A stretch of 64,000 nucleotides of DNA, from NCBI GenBank assembly GCA_963774265.1, contig CAVZDU010000002.1:576001-640000 (forward strand). Reading direction: 5' to 3'. The notes under the pieces were generated by a model, which was given only the letters and a program-made list of their open reading frames with translations, did no database searches and was not told the DNA's origin. Numbering within the stretch: position 1 is the first letter of the stretch; every line of letters starts with the position of its first letter. Below are positions 11,172 through 20,886 of the stretch, piece after piece. The stretch comes from an uncultured Chloroflexia bacterium (GTDB lineage: Bacteria; Chloroflexota; Anaerolineae; CG2-30-64-16). The position numbers were made by a program, and so were the translations under genes.

Positions 11172-12390
11172 ATGCAACCCGAACTCACAGATCACATCGC
11201 CGCGCTGGCCCGGCAGATGACCGGACCCCGCGAGCGCTTCCTGGCCGACCTGATCCGCATCCGCTCGTACACCGGCCAGGAAGGTCCCGCGGTCGAGCGC
11301 ACCCTGGAGGAGCTGCGGGCCATCGGCTGCGACGAGGTATGGATGGACTCGGCGGGCAATGCCCTGGGCCGGATCGGGCGGGGACCGCGGGTGATCCTCT
11401 ACGATGCGCACCTGGACACCAATGAGGTGGCCGATGCCCGCGAGTGGCCGCACCCACCCCTGGAGCCGGTCGTCGAAGGCGATGTGATGTGGGGCCTGGG
11501 CGCCTCGGACTGCAAAGGAGGGGTCGCGGCGATCGTCTACGGCGCCGCGATCCTGGCCACGCTGGGGCGAGACCTGCCCGCGGTGCGCGCCCTGCTGCAG
11601 GAGGTCTCCGTCGTGGTGATGGGCGCGACCCTGGAGGAGGACGCGGAGGGCTTCGCGCTGCGGTCGCTGGTCGAGCGCGATGGGCTGCGGCCCGAGGTCG
11701 TGCTGCTGGCCGAGGCCACCGATCTGACGCTGCGCCGCGGGCAGCGAGGGCGCTGCGAGGTTCGCGTGCGAACGGCAGGCCGCGCGGCCCACGCCAGCCA
11801 GCCCCACCTGGGCGAGAGCGCGATTCTGAAGATGCTCCCGGTGGTCTCGGCGCTGGAGGCCGATGAATGCCGCCTTGCCGGTCGATCCCATCTTCGGCCG
11901 CGGGAGCCAGGTCGTCTCGATGATCGAGGGCCCGCACACCCCTAATTCCGTGCCCTCCTGGTGCGAAGTGGTCGTCGACCGCCGGCTGACGCCCGGCGAG
12001 ACCGCAGAGACGGTCCTGGCGGGCGTGGCCGCGGCAGTCGAGCCCCTGGGGGCAACCGCCCGCATCCCGGAACAACCGGTGTCGACGCACACGGGCCTGC
12101 GGCTGGATGGCCCGGCGTTCTATCCCGGCTGGCTGCTCGCAGAAGATCATCCGCTGCTGGCTGCGGGCCAGGCGACCTGCCGGACGTTGTGGGGGCAGGC
12201 GCCGCGCGTCGACGTCTGGCGCTTTTCCACCGATGGTGCGTATTCCGCCGGGGCAGCCGGCATTCCCACCCTCGGATTCGGACCGGAGGAGGAGCAGTAC
12301 GTACACGCGGCCAACGACCAGGTAAACCTGACAAAGCTGGCCAAAGCCGCGCAGTTTTACGCGCTCTTCCCCCTGATCTTCCAGCGATGA
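11172..12390 (+). CDS. YgeY-like M20 metallo-hydrolase (frameshift ~11865)
   Basis: DAHLDT, GASDCKGG, LEEDAEG, RGQRGR, WRFSTDG..GIPTLGFGP..H. Confidence 0.85.
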
Positions 12391-12442
12391 TCTACGACCC
12401 ATGCTCGAGTGCGGGAGTGCTGATCCATAGGACGGTGTTGCC

Positions 12443-13780
12443 ATGATACTCCTCCCTGAGTACCTGATCGACGTGCCAGGCGAGCCGCCGAAGCACCGCT
12501 GGGGCGTGCGAGTGATGGGCGCCCAGGTGGCCGCGGTCGCATCTCATGCGGACCTGCGCCAGCTTTACCCTGAAGACGAGGTGGTGGACGCAGGGGGCCT
12601 GACACTCTCCCCCGGCTTTGTCGATGCGCATACGCACCTATACGGCGTGCTGGCCCACGGCATCCCCCTGCATAAAGCGCCGTCCGGGTTCTGGCCGTTC
12701 CTGGAGGATTTCTGGTGGCCGCTGGTGGAAGATCGGCTCGACCACGAGATGATCTGCGCTGCCACCGACCGCAACCTGGCGACGATGTTGCGCGGGGGCG
12801 TCACCAGTTTCTACGACGTCACCGAGGCGCCGAACGCCCTGCCCGGCTGCCTGGCGACCCAGGCCAACGTCGTGCGCGCCCGCGGCATCCGCGGCATCCT
12901 CTCCTTCGAGGCGACCGAACGGGTCAGCCGGGATAACGGCCAGCTTGGGCTACACGAAAACCTGGACTTCATCCGCACATGCCAGGAAGAGGCCCGGTCA
13001 GAGCAGAACGGGACACCGGCGGGCCTCCTTTCAGGCTTCATGTGCTACCACACGACCTTCACCTGCTCGACCGGGTTTATCCGCCAGGCGTTTGACCTGG
13101 CCGCGGCGCACGGCGCCACGGTCCATATGCATGTCTCCGAGGGTGCGTATGAGCCCGAACATGCCCTCACCCATTTCGGAATGCGCACGTTCGAGTTCTA
13201 CGACCGCCTCGGCGTCGCGGGGCCGGCCATGCAGGCTTCGCAATGCGTCCAGATCTCCCCTGCCGAGATTGAGATCATCGCGCGGCGCGGGGTGCGAGTG
13301 TCCCACATGCCGTTATCGAATTGCGAGGTGGGCGGCGGCGTCGCGCCCGTGCCGGACCTGCTTGCTGCGGGCGTGCCCGTGGGCCTGGGCTCCGATGGCT
13401 ACATCACCGACATGTTCGAGGTCATGCGCGGCGCGTTCCTGATCCACAAGGCTTATCGCCAGGACCCGCGCGTGATGCCGGCCAACGTCGTGTGGCGCCT
13501 GGCGACCGAGGGCGGCGCGCAAGTGCTCGGGCTGGACCGGGTGGGCCGGCTCCTTCCGGGCTGGCAGGCCGACCTGCAGCTGATCGACTCGGCCCTGCCC
13601 ACACCCGTGGAGCCCTGGAACCTCTACGGCCAGCTCCTGCTGTATCGGAGCCGCCGCGATGTACACGATGTGATGGTGGCCGGCCAGTGGCGCGTGCGCA
13701 ACGGCGCCGTGCTGGGGGTGGACGAGGAGGCGCTGGACGCGAGGGTGCACGAGTCCGCGCGGCGGATCTGGCAGGTCTGA
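12443..13780 (+). CDS. SsnA-like amidohydrolase/deaminase
   Basis: PGFVDAHTHLY..LAHG..FLEDFWW, HMHVSEG, HMPLSN, GLGSDG, ATEGGA. Confidence 0.85.
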   Translation: MILLPEYLIDVPGEPPKHRWGVRVMGAQVAAVASHADLRQLYPEDEVVDAGGLTLSPGFVDAHTHLYGVLAHGIPLHKAPSGFWPFLEDFWWPLVEDRLDHEMICAATDRNLATMLRGGVTSFYDVTEAPNALPGCLATQANVVRARGIRGILSFEATERVSRDNGQLGLHENLDFIRTCQEEARSEQNGTPAGLLSGFMCYHTTFTCSTGFIRQAFDLAAAHGATVHMHVSEGAYEPEHALTHFGMRTFEFYDRLGVAGPAMQASQCVQISPAEIEIIARRGVRVSHMPLSNCEVGGGVAPVPDLLAAGVPVGLGSDGYITDMFEVMRGAFLIHKAYRQDPRVMPANVVWRLATEGGAQVLGLDRVGRLLPGWQADLQLIDSALPTPVEPWNLYGQLLLYRSRRDVHDVMVAGQWRVRNGAVLGVDEEALDARVHESARRIWQV

Positions 13781-13850
13781 GACGACGGAGGCCTGGCCGC
13801 GGCACGAGTGCCCGTAAGGGTCTCAACACACTCGTCAGGCGCGCTATTGG

Positions 13851-13876
13851 AGCCCACGGATCGAGATCCGTGGGCT
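13851..13876. repeat. Perfect palindrome (REP or IS200/IS605-type hairpin) after the operon
   Basis: AGCCCACGGATC-GA-GATCCGTGGGCT. Confidence 0.7.
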
Positions 13877-13993
13877 TCTGTTCTTCCCAGGGTCGGAGAT
13901 CGCAGATGCTCACACATTCCACAGGCAATAGCAGACCCCTGGCCCCACCCTGAATCATCGCCAGTTCTGAACCGCCATCGGCCTCCGCTTACT

Positions 13994-14053
13994 GACGTGC
14001 TGCAGCGCCACATTGTCTCGGTGCGCGGGATCGGCTATCGGTCTGATGGGTGA
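13994..14053 (+). pseudogene. 3' remnant of an OmpR/PhoB-family response regulator
   Basis: HIVSVRGIGYRSDG* matches the terminal beta-hairpin (I.TVRG.GY); no upstream REC domain. Confidence 0.55.
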
Positions 14054-14069
14054 AGCTTTGTAAAGAAGT

Positions 14070-14135
14070 GTTTACACAACCTTGGCGCAAAGTTAACCTA
14101 ACTTTCGCTCGCCGTTAACACTGCCGTGGTACTGT
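14070..14135 (+). promoter_or_regulatory. Pho-box-like repeats and -10 upstream of pstS
   Basis: GTTTACA (14070), GTTAACC (14092), GTTAACA (14114) at 22-bp spacing; TGgTACTGT -10. Confidence 0.6.
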
Positions 14136-14186
14136 GACCGTGGCTTCGAAGGAAGTCAACCCATAGGACTGAAAACGGGAGGAGAA

Positions 14187-15316
14187 ATGTGTTCCAAGTT
14201 TTTCGTAATGATTTTTGTCGTCGCGTTGCTGGTGGCCGGGTGTGCTCGGGCCCCTGCGACGCCGGCGCCGGCCACATCTGCGCCCGCCGCCCAGGCCGAG
14301 CCGACGAAAGCCCCTGAGGCCACCAAGGCGCCGAAGCCAACCACCGCGCCTGTGGCGACCGTAGCGCCTGAACCCACGAAGGCCCCCGAGATTCCGGCCA
14401 CGACCGAGCTGGGCCTGCCCGAAGTCAACCCGCTCGACGTGACCGGTGACATCATCACGGCGGGCTCGTCGACGGTCTTTCCGTTGAGCGAAGCCGTGGC
14501 TGAGAAGTTCCGCGACGAGGGCTACGCGGGCAACATCACGATCGATTCGATCGGTTCCGGCGCCGGCTTCGAGCGCTTCTGCAAGACCGGCGAGACCGAC
14601 GTGTCGAATGCCAGCCGCGCCATCAAGGACTCCGAGTTGAAGAACTGCGCGGCAATCGGCCGCACGCCGATCGAGTTCCGCGTCGGCACCGATGCGTTGG
14701 CGGTTGTCGTCAACCCGGAGAACGACTGGCTGAAGGACGGCGTCACGCTGGCGGAGCTGGCCAAGATCTTCTCGAAGGATGCGACCAACTGGTCCGATGT
14801 GAACCCGGCCTGGCCGGCGCAGCCGATCAAACGGTTCTCGCCCGGCACGGATTCCGGCACCTTCGACTACTTCGTCGAAGCCGTCATGGACAAGGCCTAC
14901 GTGAAGGACGCCACCGCAGACAAGGGCAAGGGCGAGGAAGCACTGCTGGGTGCAGCCAACCTGCAACTGTCCGAGGATGACAACGTGCTCGTGCAGGGCG
15001 TCGAAGGCGACAAGTACGCCATCGGCTATCTTCGGGTTCGCCTACTACGTCGAGAACGAAGGCAAACTGGCTGATGTGGCGGTCGAGGGCGTGGCGCCGT
15101 CGGCCGAGGCTGTGGATGCCGGCGAAATACAAGCTGGCCCGCCCGCTGTTCATCTACTCAGACGCCAAGATCATGCAGGAGAAGCCGCAGGTCGCCCAGT
15201 TCATCAACTTCTACCTGACCTACGTGAATGAAGTCATCGGCCCGGTCGGTTACTTCCCGGCCCCCGCCGATGCCATCGCAGCCTCTGCCAATGCCTGGCT
15301 CGAGGCGACTAAGTAA
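14187..15316 (+). CDS. pstS: Phosphate ABC transporter substrate-binding lipoprotein (frameshifted near 3' end)
   Basis: Lipobox VAGC, P/A/T/K-rich linker, GSSTVFP, GSGAGF, SGTFDYF, LARPLFIY. Confidence 0.93.
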
Positions 15317-15348
15317 CGCTTTCGGCAATCCAGGATATCGCGAGCAGC

Positions 15349-15379
15349 AGGTGGGGAGAGGCAAAGCCTCTCTCCACCT
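15349..15379 (+). terminator. Stem-loop after pstS (mRNA stabiliser or partial terminator)
   Basis: AGGTGGGGAGAGGC-AAA-GCCTCTCTCCACCT; weak U tail. Confidence 0.55.
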
Positions 15380-15404
15380 CTTGCTCTCATACGAGAGTCT
15401 GACC

Positions 15405-15839
15405 ATGACAAATACGACACGAGTTCTCTTTCTCTGCACCGGCAACTCGGCGCGCAGCCAGATGGCTGAAGCATTACTGCGCAAGCACGGGGGTGATCGC
15501 TTCGAAGTGCACAGTGCGGGTCTGGAGCCAAAGGGCATTCATCCGTATACCCGGCGCGTCCTCGCGGAAGTCAGTCTCGACATGGCCGGTCAGAGCTCCA
15601 AAGACCTGATGACCTATCTTGGCAAGCAGCACTTCGGTTACTTGATCACCGTCTGCAGCAATGCCGAGGAGCGGTGCCCCGTCTTTCCAGGCGTCTCCAC
15701 CCGGCTGCATTGGCCGTTTGAAGACCCGGCCGCAGCTTCGGGAAGCGACGACGAGAAGCTGGCTGCGTTTCGTCAGGTGCGCGATCAGATCGAAGCGCGC
15801 ATATTGGCCTGGCTGAAAGCGCCGGACTCACCTGACTGA
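15405..15839 (+). CDS. arsC: Thioredoxin-type arsenate reductase (LMW-PTP fold)
   Basis: LFLCTGNSARSQMAE, ITVC..ERCPVFPG, HWPFEDP, FRQVRDQI. Confidence 0.9.
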   Translation: MTNTTRVLFLCTGNSARSQMAEALLRKHGGDRFEVHSAGLEPKGIHPYTRRVLAEVSLDMAGQSSKDLMTYLGKQHFGYLITVCSNAEERCPVFPGVSTRLHWPFEDPAAASGSDDEKLAAFRQVRDQIEARILAWLKAPDSPD

Positions 15840-15865
15840 ACGGGGACCGCAAGGAAGGACCACCT

Positions 15866-16861
15866 ATGGCCATTAATGCATCCGTGCACTCCGGCAGCGT
15901 CGCGGACTCGTCACAACCCGCTGACATCCTCTCTCTGGGCCGGCGACGCCGGCCCGGCGAATCGCTGATCCAGGGATTCCTGGTCTTTTGCGGCGCGGTG
16001 TCGATCCTGACCACGGTGGGCATCGTGGTTGTGCTGTTTGAAGAAGCGTTGGTGTTCTTCCGCGATCCCAATGTCGGCCTGCTTGAATTCTTCACCACCA
16101 CTGCCTGGCAGCCGAAGATCGGCCAGTTCGGCATTTTCCCGCTGTTATTGGCAACCCTGCTGACCAGCATGATCGGGATGCTCATCGCGCTGCCGGTCGG
16201 CCTGGCGATTGCGATCTACCTCAGCGAATACGCGACCCCGCGCGCCCGGCAGACGCTTAAGCCCGTGCTGGAGATCCTGGCGGGCGTGCCCACCGTGGTG
16301 TACGGCTACTTCGCGCTGAACTTCGTCACGCCGATCCTGCGCGGCATCTTCGGCAGGGATGTGGTGGACATCTTCAACATGGGTTCGGCCGGCCTGGTCA
16401 TCGGCATTCTCATTCTGCCGCTCGTCGCATCCATGGCCGAGGACGCGCTCAGCTCCGTGCCGCGGGGCCTGCGGGAAGGCGCCTATGCGCTGGGCGCAAC
16501 CAAATTCGAGACCGCGGTGAAGATCGTCGTGCCCGCGGCACTCTCCGGGCTGGGCGCAGCCTTCATCGTGGCCATCTCACGCGCGGTGGGCGAGACGATG
16601 GTCGTGGCGATCGCGGCAGGCTCAGGCCCGCGCAATTTCACGAGCTGGGCCGAAGCATGGCGCGGACTCGCCCTGTTCAACCCGTTTGCATCGGGCGAGA
16701 CCATGACCGGGCACATCGTCCGCATTTCGGGCGGCGATCTCAGCTACGATTCGATCGACTATAACAGCATTTTCGCCATCGCGCTGATGCTGTTCCTGAT
16801 TACGCTGGCGCTCAACATCATCAGCCAGTGGGTCGTGCGCCGCTACCGGATGAGGTACTAG
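15866..16861 (+). CDS. pstC: Phosphate ABC transporter permease PstC
   Basis: AIYLSEYA, LAGVPTVVYG, EGAYALGAT, SRAVGETM. Confidence 0.95.
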   Translation: MAINASVHSGSVADSSQPADILSLGRRRRPGESLIQGFLVFCGAVSILTTVGIVVVLFEEALVFFRDPNVGLLEFFTTTAWQPKIGQFGIFPLLLATLLTSMIGMLIALPVGLAIAIYLSEYATPRARQTLKPVLEILAGVPTVVYGYFALNFVTPILRGIFGRDVVDIFNMGSAGLVIGILILPLVASMAEDALSSVPRGLREGAYALGATKFETAVKIVVPAALSGLGAAFIVAISRAVGETMVVAIAAGSGPRNFTSWAEAWRGLALFNPFASGETMTGHIVRISGGDLSYDSIDYNSIFAIALMLFLITLALNIISQWVVRRYRMRY

Positions 16862-16900
16862 CGAATTGAAGATGGAAGATGGAAGGTTGCGGGTGGGAAC

Positions 16901-18210
16901 ATGATGGAAGATAGCAAAGTCGGGGGCGGGTATCCGGAAGGACGGCAACTCCAGTCGTTCGTCACGGGGCGCCAACGCACTGGGCAGATATGGAAAACCC
17001 TTTTTCTGGCCGCGACTGTGGTCAGGCATCATCGCCCTCCTTGCGCTGCTCTACAACGTGATTACCGATTCGTTCGGCTACGTCGCGTACCGCAACAAGG
17101 TGGAGCCAGCGGCCCTGGTTTCGGAATTCTACGCGGCACAGCCGGTCCCCGCGGGTGTTCTCTTTGCAGACGAAGTGCGGCTGGAGGCGCTGCCCACTGC
17201 CGACCAGGTCGCCATGCTGAAGATGCACCTTTCCGCCGGCCGCGTCCGCGCGCTCGAGGCGCAGCAAGCCACTGGCCGAACGGTCAAGCGTCGGAACTCG
17301 CCCGGTTGCTGGTCGCCGAAGTGGTCAAGCCTGAGATCGTCGCCACCTGGACCCTGGCCGAATCGCTCTTTGCCAGGGACGAGATCGCGGCGGAAGCAGC
17401 GCAGATCCCGAATAGCCGGTTGGACTTCCGCAGTTGGGTCACCGGCAGCTTCCTGACCTCGCCCCAGTCGTCCAAGCCGGAGCTGGCGGGCGTCCGCACG
17501 GCGATTTTTGGGTCGCTGTGGGTGACCCTGATCGCGTTCATTTTCTCCGTGCCGCTCGGCGTGGGCGCGGCAATCTACCTCGAAGAGTACGGCGGGAACA
17601 GCCGGCTCGCCCAGTTCATCGAGACCAACATCAACAACCTGGCCGGCGTCCCGTCGATCATCTACGGCATGCTGGGCCTGGCCGTATTCGTGCGCGTGCT
17701 CGAGTCGTTGACGAGTGGCAAGGTCTTCGGTGCGGTCGACCAGACGACCGCGAACGGACGCACCGTGCTCTCGGCCGGTCTGACCATCGGGCTGTTGATC
17801 CTGCCGCTCATCATCATCAACGCGCGCGAGGCGATCCGTGCGGTGCCGAGCGCACTGCGCGAGGCCGGCTACGGGCTGGGCGCGACCAAATGGCAGACCA
17901 TCAGCGCACACGTGCTGCCCAACGCCATCCCGGGCATCCTGACCGGCGTGATCCTGGCGATTTCCCGGGCGCTGGGCGAGACCGCGCCCCTGGTGGTGGT
18001 GGGCGCGTCAACCTTCATCGTGGTGGACCCGAACGGCCCGTTCGCCAAGTTCACGACCTTACCGATCCAGATTTACCAGTGGACCGCGCGGCCGCAACCC
18101 GAATTTCAACACCTGGCGGCCGCGGCGATCCTGGTGTTGCTGGTGTTGTTGCTGGCGATGAATGCCGCCGCCATCCTGCTGCGCAACAAGTATGCACGGA
18201 GTTATAATGA
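16901..18210 (+). CDS. pstA: Phosphate ABC transporter permease PstA (frameshifted; end approximate)
   Basis: AAIYLEEY, NLAGVPSIIYG, EAGYGLGATKWQ, RALGETAPL. Confidence 0.9.
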
Positions 18211-18211
18211 G

Positions 18212-19005
18212 ATGAACCCCAACGCTGATCGGCCGCTGCGCGGCGTCGAGGCAAACGCGCTCGCGTAGCCGACGTGTACTACGGCAAGTTCCGCGCGGTG
18301 ATGGATGTGTCCTTGAACATCGCATCGCGCCAGATCACCGCGCTGATCGGGCCGTCCGGCTGCGGGAAGAGCACCGTGCTGCGCTGCTTCAACCGCATGA
18401 ACGACCTGGTCCCTACGGCTCGCGTGGAAGGGAAGATCGAGTTCCGCGGGAAGAACCTGTACGAATCCGATGTGGACGCGGTGGAAGTGCGCCGCCGGGT
18501 GGGCATGGTCTTTCAGAAGCCCAACCCGTTCCCCAAGAGCATCTACGAGAACATCGCCTGGGGCGCGAAGATCAACGGATTCCGCGGCGATATGGACGAG
18601 CTGGTAGAGCAGTCGCTGCGGTCGGCCGCGCTGTGGGATGACGTCAAAGACAAATTGAACCAGAGCGGCTACTCGCTCTCCGGCGGGCAGCAGCAGCGCC
18701 TGTGCATTGCCCGCGCCATCGCCACCCGGCCCGATATCATCCTCATGGATGAGCCGTGCTCCTCGCTGGACCCGATCGCCACGCTCAAGATCGAGGACCT
18801 GATGCGCGAGCTGGCCCAGCAATACACCATCGTCATCGTCACTCACAACATGCAGCAGGCCGCTCGCGTATCCGACTACACGGCCTTCTTCAACATGGGC
18901 GAGGACCGGGCCGGCTACCTGGTCGAGTACGGGCCCACGAACGGCCTGTTCACAAATCCCAAGAACAAGCTCACTGAGGACTACATCACCGGTCGGTTCG
19001 GCTGA
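18212..19005 (+). CDS. pstB: Phosphate ABC transporter ATPase (5' frameshift)
   Basis: [35 protein letters not shown]. Confidence 0.95.
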
Positions 19006-19023
19006 TCTCCAAGGAGGTAATGA

Positions 19024-19689
19024 ATGAGTACGCTTCTACGAGCTCATTTCGACCGCGAACTGGCCGATCTGAGAGAAACCGCCCTCATGATGGGCTGGCG
19101 CGCACGCCAGGCGTGCGCGGCCGGTTTGCAGGCTTTCCTGGAGAATGATCTTGACCTGGTCAGTGAGGTCATTGCCGGGGACCAGGGCATCAACGACCTG
19201 CGCTACCAGATCGAGCAGCGGTGCTACAATCTGCTGGCCAGGGAACAGCCCGTTGCCGGCGACATGCGCACCATCGTCACCACGCTGACCATTGTGACCG
19301 AGTTTGAACGCATCGGCGATCACGGCAAGAAGATCGCCCGCATTTGCCGGCGCACGGCGGACGATCCGCGGCCGATCCCCCTGGACGCCATCGGCCACAT
19401 GGGAGAAATGGCGCTGTCCATGCTCGATGATGCCTTGGCGGCACTGGCAGCTCGCAACCCCGATGCTGCCCGCGCGGTCTCCGCCAGGGACGACGAGGTC
19501 GATGCCTTTTATAAACAGACCTTCAACGTCACGCTCAGTTATATGCTCGAGAATCCGCGCGCCATCAGTGCCGGCACGCACCTCATCCAGGTCGCGCACG
19601 AGCTGGAGCGCGTCGCCGACCGGGCAACCAACATTGCCGAGCGGGTCATCTACGCGGTGAGCGGCGAACTTGTCGAGCTGAATAACTGA
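19024..19689 (+). CDS. phoU: Phosphate signalling protein PhoU
   Basis: QPVAGDMR, ERIGDH, DDEVD, LERVADRATNIAERVIY. Confidence 0.95.
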   Translation: MSTLLRAHFDRELADLRETALMMGWRARQACAAGLQAFLENDLDLVSEVIAGDQGINDLRYQIEQRCYNLLAREQPVAGDMRTIVTTLTIVTEFERIGDHGKKIARICRRTADDPRPIPLDAIGHMGEMALSMLDDALAALAARNPDAARAVSARDDEVDAFYKQTFNVTLSYMLENPRAISAGTHLIQVAHELERVADRATNIAERVIYAVSGELVELNN

Positions 19690-19785
19690 TCTTTAACTCA
19701 GGGATCACTGCGATCGAGTCGCACTCTTGCAACCTCGGCCACGTCCCCACGTATAGTTCGGTGTGAGTAACAGGAGGGCTCAACC

Positions 19786-20316
19786 ATGACACACATCCTT
19801 GTAACTTATGCGACCTGGACAGGGGCGACCCACCAGGTGGCTGACGCCGTTGCGGAAGTTCTGGCTGAAGGCGGCGCAACGGTTGACGTGCAGGACGCGG
19901 GTGCGGTGAAGCGGTTGGACGGCTACGATGCGGTCGTGATGGGCGTATCCGCGCACATGGGCAAAGTGCCCGGTGCTGCGGTGAGCTTCGCCAGGAAGCA
20001 TGCCAAGACGCTCGCTACGTTGCCGGTGGCCCAATTCATCGTCTGCCTGACCATGTGCGATGATACCCCGGAGCACAGGGCGACCGCGCTGGGCTACCTG
20101 GAGCAGGTGGCCAAGGTGATGCCAGGCGTGACGCCCGTGGACACGGGGTTGTTCGGCGGAGTGGTGCTGAACGACACGGATGATTTCAGGAAGCTCAACC
20201 CGATCCTGCGCGGCATGGCGGGGTCGATGGCGAAGGACATCAAGGACGGACGCGACTGGGACGCGATCCGCTCGTGGGCCGAGGGGTTGCGCGGCAAGCT
20301 AGGCCCTGGCATCTAG
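19786..20316 (+). CDS. Flavodoxin-domain protein (HemG/Flavodoxin_5-like)
   Basis: ILVTYATWTGAT, YDAVVMG, DGRDWDAIRSWA. Confidence 0.8.
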   Translation: MTHILVTYATWTGATHQVADAVAEVLAEGGATVDVQDAGAVKRLDGYDAVVMGVSAHMGKVPGAAVSFARKHAKTLATLPVAQFIVCLTMCDDTPEHRATALGYLEQVAKVMPGVTPVDTGLFGGVVLNDTDDFRKLNPILRGMAGSMAKDIKDGRDWDAIRSWAEGLRGKLGPGI

Positions 20317-20357
20317 CGCGTACCCTACGACGTCCGGCAGACCTCAGAGAGTTCAAA

Positions 20358-20708
20358 TCAGCCAGACAGACGCGGGAATCTCACTCCCCGACCCCCTCTC
20401 CTGGCAGGAAAGGGGCTGATCTGCGCGCCCCCGCACTTTCCCGCTGTGAAGCTGTAGCGGATCGCATCCTGCGAGCAGTTGTCCGCGCACGTGCCGCACC
20501 AGAGCCGCCCGACGAAGAGGGACGAGACGAACATGGCCGCAAAGACGAGGAAGCTGGCGTTGACCACCTCCTCGGACGCAGACTGCATGATGAGGATCGG
20601 GGAGAAGTAATACAGCGTGACCGGGAAGAGCAGGAACGAAACCAGAAGCAGCGCCCTGCGAATGCGCTGCCGTGCAGGTAGTTGCCGAGTCGTGGCTGAG
20701 ACGGTCAT
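20358..20708 (-). pseudogene. Internally deleted 4Fe-4S-binding membrane protein (NapH/FixG-like)
   Basis: TM N-terminus and GRLWCG joined directly to TCADNC..DAIRY. Confidence 0.6.
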
Positions 20709-20886
20709 GACTCTCCTCCTTTGAACGCTATCGTTCTATACGTTGCTATCCCCTGGGGCAGACCGTCAACTTACTCGGACCCGACTCAATGCGCTCTTGA
20801 TAGCCGCATTGAAAGGCACTCTGGAAGGTAACCTCCGGCAGTTCGGGGGATTTCGCGTCGGGCGCTTCCCGCATTGTCCGAGAAGC

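Noticed and set aside
1105-12390. Dense frameshifts and stops in the xdh, corrinoid, ygeW and ygeY genes read as pseudogenisation, programmed frameshifting or Sec/Pyl recoding
   Set aside because: They are single-base indels with motifs intact on both sides and the protein resumes in another frame, not after the stop. The same pattern hits pst, kinase, sulfatase and transposase genes, so sequencing error is most likely; read polishing would confirm.
10147-12390. argF/argE arginine biosynthesis call
   Set aside because: The W.Y.P.Y..PLSVPQ and YPKSW motifs and the ssnA/xdh context fit YgeW/YgeY better
14260-14400. Quasi-repeats in the 5' part of pstS
   Set aside because: Ordinary Pro/Ala/Thr/Lys lipoprotein linker
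16866-16912. GATGGAA heptamer repeats between pstC and pstA
   Set aside because: Only about three copies with no spacers; not CRISPR and no clear function
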